NCBI GenBank assembly: GCA_001179505.1
Contig: CDMY01000562.1
Coordinates: 1 to 64,000, forward strand
DNA from: Vitrella brassicaformis CCMP3155
Taxonomy: Eukaryota > Protista > Chromerida
Direction: 5' to 3'
DNA: 64,000 nucleotides
Position 1 is the stretch's first letter, and each line of letters opens with the position of its first letter. The translations under genes and the position numbers were made by a program. This document shows, one piece after another, positions 49,003 through 59,511 of this stretch. The notes under the pieces are model-generated. The model did no database searches, had not been told where the DNA came from, and worked only from the letters and a program-made list of their open reading frames with translations.

Positions 49003-51219
49003 CTATGCCGCAGCCGACGCCACGGCGGCCGTCGCCTCCCTGTCCACGCCTTCTTCGCCACACCTGACGTCGCCATACATACTCTCCGTCCTCGGCCGGG
49101 GATAGCCCAGCTGTTCCTTGAGACACCTCTCCACCTCCCCCAGCACAGCGGGGTCGTCAATGGTGGGCGGCACGGGACGCTCGCGCCCGTCGGCTATGGC
49201 TGCGATGGTGCGGCGGAGGATCTTGCCCGAGCGGGTCTTGGGCAGCCGCTCGACGATGCCGCAGTTTTTGAAGAAGGCCACGGGGCCGATCGACTCGCGC
49301 ACCGCCGCGATGATCTCGCGGATGACCTGGTCGGGGTGCGAGGCTCGCTCGGGCTTGAGTACTACGAGGCCGAGAGGGATCTGCCCCCTGAGGTCGTCGT
49401 GTATGCCGACGACGGCGCCCTCCGACACGGCGGGGTGCTGGACGAGGACGTCTTCGATGGCCGCGGTGCTGAGTCGGTGTGCGGCGACGTTGATGACGTC
49501 GTCGGTCCGCGACATGATGTGGACGTACCGCTCCTCGTCGATGAAGCCGCTGTCGCCCGTCTCGTAGTAACCCTCGTAGCGGCTCATGTAAGAGCTCAAG
49601 AACCTATAAGGGGAAAGAAGGTCCATTCTCTATATGTGTGTGTGTGTGTGTGTGTGTTTGTGTGTTTGGTGGTGGGCTGACCGTTTCTCGTTATTCCATA
49701 GCGTAAGCAGGGTGCCTGGTGGGAGGGGCAGCTTGCAGACGACGCGGCCCATCTCGCCCGGCTCGGCCTCGATGCCGTCGTCACGGAGAATGCGCAAGTC
49801 ATACCCAACGCCGGGGTGACCACACGAGCCCGCCCTGCACAATACACACACGCAGTGATGTGATGGGAGGGAGAGAGAGAGAGAGAGTGGTCGATGGGAT
49901 GCATGGATGCGATGCGTGTGGTTCGTTCAAGTGCCGGGCCGTGTGTCGTGTCACTCACCTGGGAGGAATGTCATTGTTGTCGAGTCCCCTGCAGATGATG
50001 GCCATAGGGAAGCCGGTCTCAGTCTGCCACCAGTTGTCGACCACCGCACACCCCAGGAGGTCGCGCGCCCAATCGAACGTCGGCGGGTCCAGCCGCTCGC
50101 CAGCCACAAACAACGTCTGTATGGCATTCAATGACGGACGCTCGAGTGAATGCTCTTGGCAGACAGACAGCCATGCAGCCAGGCAGCCAAAGGGACCTTA
50201 GTACTGACCGACCTGAAATTGGTCCATCTTGGGTTTGTAGTGTTTGATGTACTCGCCATTGGGGTCGTCCCGCCGCATCACGCGCAACGCCGTCGGCGCG
50301 ATGAACAGCGCCTTGGTGTTGGTCTCGCTTACCACACGCCATATCGACCCTGACCGATAGACCAACCAAACACAGACACAACTCCATCAGCGCGTGTGCG
50401 CGTGTGCGTGTGAGGTGCCGACTGACTGACTGACCAGGGTTAGGCGTCCCGACAGGTTTGCCCTCGTACATGACGGTGGCGCATCCGGCGAGGAGCGGCG
50501 AGTAGACCATGCACGTGTGCCCCACAATCCAGCCGACGTCGGAGGCGCCGAAGAAGGTCTCCCCGGGGTTGATGCCGTAGCACGTCGGCATGGCGAACTT
50601 GCCGCTCACGATCTGACCCGCATGGTCTCGCACGACGCCCTTTGGCTGACCTGCCATGCCGAGACACATACAGACACACACACACACACACACAGAGGGG
50701 TAACTAACTAGGTGCTTGTGTGCAGAGGGGGATGTGTGGCTTGGTGTGAGTGATGGGGGGGGTAAACGATGCGCACCTACCTGTCGTGCCAGAGGTGTAG
50801 AGGATGTAGAGTGGGTGGTTGGAGGTGACGGGGACGGCGTCGACCGGCTGGGCGGAGAAGAGGTCCTCCCACAGCATGTCCAGGGGGGTCAGAGACGCCT
50901 CACACTACACACACACACACACGCACACACAAGGCAATCAGTCGACACATACACACATCCCACACACACCCACGGGTCTGCGTCTGCCTGCCTGCCCGTG
51001 TGTGTGTGGTGTGTGGACTTCACAACGGATGCCGACCTGCGGCCTCTGCAGGATGACGCATTTGTGGGGCTCGTGTGTGGCCATGGCCAGCCCGCCGTCC
51101 AGCAGCGGCTTGTACGCCACCACCTTCTGAGCCTCAATCCCACACGACGCAGCCAAAATCACCTAAACACACCCACTCACACACACACACATAGACACAT
51201 ACACACAGCACACACACAC

Positions 51220-51261
<42 letters not shown>

Positions 51262-52601
51262 GAGGGAGGGAGAAGCCTACACACCTTTGGCTGCGAGTCG
51301 TTTATGCGTGTGGCGAGTTCCTTAGCGCCAAATCCCCCAAAGACGACTGAGTGGATGGCCCCGATGCGGGCACAGGCGAGCATGGCGACCATGGTCTCCA
51401 CCATCACAGGCATGTATATCAACACCCGGTCGCCCGCCGCCACGCCAAGCTTCCGCAGCCCCCCGGCCACCGTCGCCACCTGCATGCCTCGGCGTGGCAT
51501 GTCGGCACATTCGAGACGAGAGAGAGAGATGTGGTGTGGTGTGGTGGTTTGTTTCGTGCCTTGCCTTGCCTTGCCTGTTCGAGTAGCTGTGCGTATGTGT
51601 AATGCTTCTTGGTGTTGGTGACCGGGGAGTCGTAGTAGACGGCAACACGGCTGCCGTGGCCGGCCTCCACGTGGACGTCCAGGGCGTCGTAGCAGCAGTT
51701 GACCTGACAGATAGATAGACAGACATGATAGGATAGACAGACACACCATACATACCATCGATGGATGAGCAATGAGAAAACAGAGAAATAAGAACCACCC
51801 ATGGCATGCCATGCCATGCCATGGGTGTACGGTGCGCATGGCATGTGATGTGATGTGCCTGTCCTGTGCGTGTCTGTGTGGGGTGTGGGGTGTGTGTGTG
51901 TGGGGTTTGTGTGGTGCTTTGCCTTGCCTTGCCTTCTTGTTCACTCACTGACTCACTGACTGACTGACTGACCATTCCGCCGGTATACCACTTGTAGATA
52001 TGTTCGCTGCCCCGCGAGTCGTCCAGCACCTTGTCATACCTCTTGAACCTGCACACACACACACACACACACACAGACACACCAGAAACCACATCAACAG
52101 CACAGCACAGCACAGCCGTTCGTTCTGATGATCCATAAGAGAGAGACCAGACCCATGCATTCGCTCGTCCATTCACTCACTCAACTCACTCACCAGTGCG
52201 CCCTCTCTCCCTGCTCCCTCCTGCACACATAGATCACATAGCAAACAAGCAGACACACCACACGGACTCCTGCTTCGCTTCGCTTCGCTTTGCTTCGCTT
52301 CGCTTCGCTTCGCTTCGCTTTGCGTCACTCTCTCTCACCAGAAGTCAACTTGGTGTCTGACGGACTTGTCGTGCATGGCGTGCTGCGTGTAGATGAATGA
52401 CCGGGGGGACTCAGCCATGACCCTCGCTGAAGAAGAGGCCGCCCGTTGCTGCTGCTGCTGATGATGCTGCTGCTGCTGCTGACGAGCCATCACATGCACA
52501 TGACGAACCAGACGAGCAGAGAGGGGCGCGAGCGTCCTCGTGGCGGCGGTGAGAGTGTTGTGTGGCGGCCGCAGAGGCAGCTTATTCGCCAGATACCCCA
52601 T
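49003..52601 (-). CDS. Propionyl-/acetyl-CoA synthetase (PrpE/ACSS3-like), mitochondrial-type leader
   Basis: VNCCYDALDVHV, GDRVLIYMPV, RIGAIHSVVFGGF, PLYILYTSGTT|GQPKGVVRD, ASDVGWIVGH, YEGKPVGTP, AGERLDP, DNWWQTETG, YYETGDSG, RTDDVINVAAHRLS and LPKTRSGKILR. N-terminal MGYLANKLPLRPPH...RLVRH. Confidence 0.93.
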
Positions 52602-53095
52602 ACCGTGACTCAGAGCAGCAAACCAGTCAACTCCGTCAATATCTCGTGTGCTCTGTTGCTGATTTGGTGCTGTTGGTGCGGGCGATGACGTAACTTGGCG
52701 CAACCCTGCGGGATCTCACTATCTCAAAACACCTCTCCGCTGCACGCTTAGCTTCCGACCGCCCGTTTGGAATGCATTCCCTCTTGTCCGATGCAATACC
52801 ATTCACACACACAAGGGGCCGGGCCCTGTTCGCTGCCACCACTGCAGTCAGTCAGTCTGTCGGTCAGTCTGTCCATCCACCCATCCATCCATCCATCCGT
52901 CTATCAGCGATTCGACACCTCCCTCCCTCCCTCGTGCGTGCGTGCAGGCAGGCAGGCGGGCAGTCCTCTATGTAGCTAGCTAATAACACACGTACTGTAT
53001 GGACTGTTCTGTTCTGCACTGTACCCAACACACACGTGTGGTGTGCATCTGTCGGTCTGTCTGTCTGTCTGTCTGCAGCGCAGCACTGCTGGTGG

Positions 53096-54110
53096 TCACT
53101 CGGCCCTCCCCGTGCCCCTCCGGTCACCGCAACGGTCGCGCACCGCAGGGGCGCCGCGGTCGTCATCGTCATCGTCATCATCGTCTCCTGCGTCTGGAGC
53201 GTCCTCCAGTGGGCGGAGTGGCGGTGGCGGTGACCCGCCGCGGCCCGGGGATGAGCGGCTGGCGAAGGCCGGGGGCACCCCGAGCTCCTTGAAGGCCTGC
53301 ACGCCGAACTTGGCCACCTGCTGCTCGCTGGATGATCGACAGAGAGGGATGGAGAGGGACGGAGAGTGTGTGTGCTTTGGTTTGGCTTGGTTTGGCTTGG
53401 TTTGGCTTGGTTTGTTGGTGTGACTGACTGAGTGCATTACCTGGTGTTTTCGATGGCGAAGATGCCGTGGTTGGGGACCATGCAGGTGTCACCTGGATGT
53501 GACATGATGGGATGGAACAGACAGACAGACAGACAGAGAAGAAGGATGTGCAGTTCACAGCAGATCACACACGCCGGCTGTCCGCCCCGCCCCGCCCCGC
53601 CCACCTTTCTTGAGCAGGTCGGTATCCCACCCGCCGCCGGCCTTCCGCATGCGAAACACCACCTTGTCCTCCTCGCCCCTGTTGACGTGAAAGGTCTGCA
53701 CACACACACACACACACACACACGCTCGTGTTCAGCTGGTTGGCTGGCTGGCTGTGCGTCCGTGTGTGTGTGTAGGTGACTGACCATGGTGCCCATGTCG
53801 CTCCGCTGCGGCGGCTTCTTGGCCCCGGGCTGGAGCTGCACGAAACACAGATGGGAACAAGAGAGAGAGGAACACACAGATAGACAGACGAGTGAGTGGA
53901 TGGATGGATGGAGTGTGTTGGCTGGCTCTCTCTTTCTGTTGCTCGGCCGTGAGTGGGCATGGCATCTTCATCTTTGTGGGTCTGGTCTGCTTCATACCTA
54001 CCGTGACAATGGATGCGAAGAAATGGGGGTTGTCGTCAAACACCCGCACTGCACACACGACACACGGGAGGGAGGCATAGCATACACAAATGTCACATGC
54101 TTATTGCTCG

Positions 54111-54141
<31 letters not shown>

Positions 54142-55739
54142 GCCCGTGTCGGTCTGTCTTCAATTCCATAGCTCATTCATTCATTCATTCACCGACCGAC
54201 AGACATGCCCTCGACGTCTGTGTTCCATCGGCCGTCCTGCCGCCCCTCCACGTTCCGCCTCTCCAACTCACGCATCAGACCGCCACCGCTCACTATCCCA
54301 CCGCCTGCAATACAATACAATACAATACAATACAATGCAATACACCAACGAATACTGCCCCCCTGCCAGAGACGCCACGCTTCTCCCTGCCTGCCTGCCT
54401 TGCCTGCCTGACCTTCAGGGTTCATCCGGACGAATCTGGCTGGCGCCGCGCCCTTATTCATGAAGTCGCTCGTAACGCTCCACCGGCCGCCACGGTCCAC
54501 CCCGCCCCCCGCACCCACACCCACCCCCGCCGCTCCCCCTCTCCCTTCCTCCTCCTCCTCATCCACCATGGGGCCGGGCGGCTGCGGCTCGTTGGAGGGC
54601 ACCAGGTCCATCGCACCGCCTGCCCGCCCACCCACACCCGCACCCGCTCCCGCCTTCTCACTGCTGTCGCGCTCGTCCTCGACGCGCCGCTGCTGCCCGC
54701 CACGCCTGTCGGGCGGGTGTTGGTCCGCCTTGTCTTTGGCGGGTCGGCCGCGTGCTTTGGCCTTGGGCTTGGGTTTTGGCTTTGGTTTGGCTTTGGGCAG
54801 GCCCATTCGCGGGGCGGGCCGGGGCGGGGGGGACTCGTACTCGTCTCCCTCCTCCTCTTCTTGATCTTCCTCCTCTTGGTCTTGGTCTTCCTCCTCGGCC
54901 TCGTCTTGGTCCTCGTCCATATCTGGTTCGTCGCGCGGCTCCTCCTTGGTGCGACGCGGGGGCGGCTCGCGGTAGTCCTCATCGTCGTCAAGCCCACTCG
55001 ACGCTGAACACACATAGACAGACGGAGGCACACATGCCGACATCGTATCCACCACACACAGCACAGCACAGCAAGTGTGTCGGGCGGTCTGTCTGTCTGC
55101 CTCACCCGACGAAGAGCGTCCTCTGTTGGCCGGTTTCTTCTTCGCCTTGGCCTTGGCCTTGCCCTTAGCCGCACCACCAGCCCCCTTCCCCTTGCTCTTA
55201 GCCGTACCACCACCACCACCGGAGACCGCCACGCCGCTCTTGCCCCTCCCCCGCCCTCCCCTCCCCCTCCCCCTCCCAGCGCCCCGCCTCGCCAAACTCG
55301 TCGTAGCCATGCGCTCGGGCGACCGGGGAGAGCTGCCACGGCCACGGGCGCCGGCACCCCGACCCCTCGCCACACTGCGGCCACGACCACCGCCCCTGCC
55401 CTTGGCCTTGGCCTTGGCACGTGACTTGGCCACCCCGCCCTCATCCTCCTCGTCACGGTCCTCGGCAGATGCGCTCTCGTCCCTGGCGGCTCGGCCACGG
55501 GAGCGGCGGGAGCGGCGCGACTCCTCGCTCTCGTTTTCGTGGATGGGAGTGAGTGCGGGGTCGGCCTTTTGCTTCTGTTTCTTCTTGGGCTGGGCCTTGG
55601 GTGCGCCGACGCGGGCACGGCGGTCTGCATCGGGCTGGTCGTCGCTGTCGGTGCTGTGGCCGCGCTTCCGCTGGGCGGGGGGCACTGCGCCGCGGGCAGC
55701 GGTGGGTGCAGTGGTGTTCTTGATGCGACTGCCCTTCAT
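53096..55739 (-). CDS. Putative CENP-C/Mif2-like protein: long basic/acidic disordered region, AT-hook and C-terminal cupin
   Basis: Six spliced exons give ...RMNPE|VRVFDDNPHFFASIVT|LQPGAKKPPQRSDMGTM|TFHVNRGEEDKVVFRMRK...LLKK|GDTCMVPNHGIFAIENT|SEQQVAKFGVQ, resembling the CENP-C_C cupin. AT-hook-like KARGRPAK. An extra 5' exon is possible. Confidence 0.65.
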
Positions 55740-56274
55740 CGAACTAGAACTAACACAGAGAGGGAGGGGATTGCTGCTGGTGCCTAGGGGGTGGGGAGCG
55801 AGGTCCGGACGGAAGCAGAGAGACCTGCGGACAAAGATATGCAGCACACACAGGGATGACGTCCGTCCGTCCGTCAGCTGGCATCCCCCCCGTGAGGTGA
55901 ATGCTTTCTGACCGACCTGGTTTCTGGGTAAGCAAAGGAAACGCCGAGACGGTCAAGGCGTCTTCAGCACAACCACGCTAGAGCACGTCCCTCAGGAGGG
56001 GATGCACTCCACCAGGCACGGATACGATAGATAAGCCTTCAGCTCGACAACACACGGCTTCATCTCACGCCGCACTCATGCCTACGCCACCATTCCTCCC
56101 GTGCATCCGACGGCGAGCAGTTTCACGGAATTTCCAAGCTCGCATTTTTCGATGCTGCTCCTGAAACCGGTGCTGCTGTCGGAACGGGAAGATGAAGAAA
56201 GCAAGAAATACCGCCAACTTCCATTGACAAGTCCCTGAAGGCCGCCCAAAGTTCCTTTTTTTTTCGTCGAATCG

Positions 56275-57376
56275 ATGGTGACGCTTGATGGTTCAAGAGC
56301 GCGTGGCAGCTCTCGGCGGTCCGGGAGGCGGCAGTACGAGCGGCTCCTGCCGCCGCTGGTGCTGGTGCTGGGGCTGCTGCCGTGCGTCGTCGGGGTGCGG
56401 ACAGAAAGAAAACCACAATGACTGCCGCAATGGCAAGGACTGACTGACCTGATGATTTGTTCTTTCTGTGCTGTTGTTGTATGTGTGCAGGATTATGGCA
56501 ACTTGTGTCGGTGCATCTGTGACGGCCTCAGTGCCAATCTGACGGTGACACACACAAGACAGACAGACAGACGGACGGACAAAGGGGAACGCACACACTG
56601 TCAGGCAGGCAGGCAGTGTGAGTGCGTGTGATTGCGGGACGTGTGTGGTGTGTGGGTGGGTTGGTGGGTTGGTGTGTTGTTTGTGTTAGGTGGTGATACC
56701 ATCGATGACGGGTTGCAAGGAGTGCAACAGCGCCATGTGCATATCCCACTTCCCCGAAGACTGTGTCCAGGGCACTACCATCAACGCACACTGCATCAGT
56801 AAGTCAGTCAGGCAGTCAGTAAGGGAGGGAGGGAAAGATCTCGATGACCAGCTTTAGCTTAGCTTACTCAGCCGGCCATCCATCCATCCATCCATGTGTG
56901 GTGTGTATGGTGTGTTTGGTTGGTGTGGTGTGTGCTTTGTCGTCTTGTCCGTCCGTCCGCAGATCGTCATGCGTGGATGCCGCGGCTGGTCATAACCTCC
57001 ATGTTCGCCACCATTGGCCTCCTCATCATTCTCGGTCAGTCAGTCAGCCAGTCACCTTTAAAGCCATTAGTTAGATCCATCACCACAACCAACCAACCAA
57101 CCAGCCAACTCCCTCCCTCCCTCCCTCCCTCCTCAATCCATTCATCCATCCGTTCGGCTGTCCCTTTATCTATCTCATATATCAGGTCTGGCCAAGCACT
57201 ACATCCCCTCCCTCGGCCCCGCTCTTAGGATAGAGCACAACCGTGGTCGGACGGAGAGCCAGGAGTTCACCGTGGGCACCCCTGCCGCATCCACTGCCGC
57301 GACTGCAGCAACGGGGAGGACAGCGGGGCCGCCGCCGGACGTGGGGGTGGGGGGGAGGAAGGTCTCACCCACATGA
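56275..57376 (+). CDS. Small Cys-rich single-pass membrane protein (5 exons)
   Basis: MVTLDG...LLPPLVLVLGLLPCVVG|DYGNLCRCICDGLSANLT|VVIPSMTGCKECNSAMCISHFPEDCVQGTTINAHCI|NRHAWMPRLVITSMFATIGLLIILG|LAKHYIP...KVSPT*. All intron phases are compatible. Confidence 0.75.
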
Positions 57377-58143
57377 CAGACAGACATGAGTGAGTGAGAT
57401 CCGCTTGTGGGGTGGTGGGCCGGCTTCCTCTCTCTGGCGAGCTGCAGGAGGGAACAAGGGCGCGAGGGAGAGTTTTCTCGTCTGGTGGTGGCGGTGTGTG
57501 GCGGGGTGTCCTGCCTGCCTCAGCCAGCCAGCCGTTCTTACACACTGGTGTCGACAGCGTGGCTGCTTTGCCTTACTGGTTGACACGGTTGTACAGACAG
57601 TCTTACTGACTTGTCCATTCTGCGTGCGTGAGTTCGTGTGTGACATGGTATTCATTACACTGACATGACGTGACATAAACACTTTATCGCTCTAGGGGGC
57701 GAGTGTGCGGGTTTCATTTCTTGTACCCCTCAAGAAGACCTCCATCGCCAGGATCGAGGCACCTAAACAAAAACTGAGCTCTTCAATTGAATGCACCTGC
57801 ACACACACACACACACACGCAGAGGGGTGCCGTGCCGTGCCGTGGACATTCAGATGCGAAAACATCCGCACAGCATGTGTGTATAGATGGATTGACTGAT
57901 TCAGACACAATGGATGGCTTCAATGCATTGGTCCCTGCCTGCAGCACAGACAGCATGCAGACAGACCAGACATGTTTTCAACAAACAACACGGAGTCCGT
58001 CCCTCCGTCCATCTATGCGATGCGAGGGAAGCATCCACGTCTCCCGCACCCCGTCCAATCCACCAAACATAACATGCATAACCGGCCACACGAAGGAAGA
58101 CATGCTCACTACATGGACATCGGTCTGTCTGTCTGTCTGTCTG

Positions 58144-59444
58144 TCAGTGAAAGGTCGCCACATAGATGGGCAGATGCGACCCCGCCACGTGCCGCCCGGT
58201 GGTGTCAAAGCCGAGCAGCCCGTCGTGCTCGCAGTTCTTCATCAGCCGCTCGCAGTCCACCCGCACGCCCCTCTCTCTAGTCGACACCTGCGTCGCCACC
58301 CAACACGCTATCTCACGCCGCCTCTCGACCGCTGCACCCATGTGGCTCACAAGCACCGACGTCGACCGAGACACACGCGGCGCCAGCAGCGGGGCCGCCT
58401 TGGCCCTGTGGCACTGGTCGCCCTCGACCACTTCCACAAAGGCTTGTGGGTTGGGGGCGCCGGGGAGCACCTCTAGAAGCAGCGTGCTGCTTAAAGGGTT
58501 GCTCTCGTCCCAGAGCAGCGTGTAGAAGGCCCGTATGACGCGCTTGACCACCTCGGTGCTCTGGATGTGGTACCATTCCGGGTGCGAGAGCACCAGCCGC
58601 AGATGGGAGTCCCCCATGTTCTCGAACTCGCCGAGCGCCTTGAGCACGGCCGCCCTCTCGGCCTCCGGCGGCCGCCGGATGTCCATCGCTTCCATCTGCA
58701 GCTCATTTCTAAGGTGCTGCACGGCCATGTCGTCCGTGCAGTGGTAGAAGCGCCGCCCTAAATGCTCTCTGTGGATCTTGGCGACGAAGTCCTCCAGCAG
58801 CTGGTTGATGCGGCCCTGCCCGAGTGTGTGCTCCGGGACCAATTCTAACAAGGCGTTGAGAACCAGGACGAACTCGCCAAGGTCTCCCCCTGGTGTGCAG
58901 AGGGAGGGGGTCGCCACACGGTCGTCGAGGCACGAAAAGTGCTGGCTCGCCACGGGCATGAGCGAGAGGCCGGTGAAGCGGCCATATGACTCCGACAACT
59001 CCACCATGCTCATTCCCTGGCCGGGGCGGCTCTGGTGTAGCTTGACCTTCGATGGGCTGCAGTGGGTGGTCTGACTGCCGGCGTTGCCGTCGTGGTCGTG
59101 CTGTTTGTCGCTGCAGCTGCACTTGGCGTTGTAATGCCCGCCATTCAGCTCCACAGATCCGGCGAGGTAGTCGGTTTGGTCGGCCAGTTTGACGTGGGAA
59201 TGCACCTGGATCAGGGAGCTGGCGCCCGCCATCTCACCTGACGGGGTGGTCACCTGCACCGCATGCACACATCATCCATCCATCCACCGATCCACCCACA
59301 GCAAAGAGCAGCAGATCATCCATTCATCTCTTCATACCTGGCCTCCCTCTTTCTCACCGTTAATTTGCGCTTCTCGTGGGCGCATACTGCTGGTATGAGT
59401 ATGAGCAAGAACACGACGGTCATCACGCTCAACGGGAAAGCCAT
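58144..59444 (-). CDS. Secreted beta/zeta-class carbonic-anhydrase-like protein (2 exons)
   Basis: Signal MAFPLSVMTVVFLLILIPAVCA. Motifs SCLDDR (CxDxR), TPGGDLGEF, FYHCTD and MGDSH. Intron at about 59257-59356. Confidence 0.6.
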
Positions 59445-59511
59445 TCTTCACTTGCCCTGCCTTCAATTGTAAATTTAATTTGCGAGCTTTTGAGGAAATT
59501 GAGAGTCGGTT

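Noticed and set aside
52272-52322. (CTTCG)n and similar regular arrays as CRISPR-like repeats
   Set aside because: These are pure intronic microsatellites without spacers in a eukaryotic genome; no cas genes are present.
54189-55911. Long overlapping ORFs on both strands (552, 390, 305 and 278 aa) as separate or antisense genes
   Set aside because: These are shadows of GC-rich low-complexity coding exons plus read-through introns. Only the spliced minus-strand model has consistent splice phases and a recognisable domain.
57692-57910. Short minus-strand ORF/exon VHSIEELSFCLGASILAMEVFLRG...
   Set aside because: No start, no homology and not joinable to the neighbouring genes. It is probably UTR sequence.
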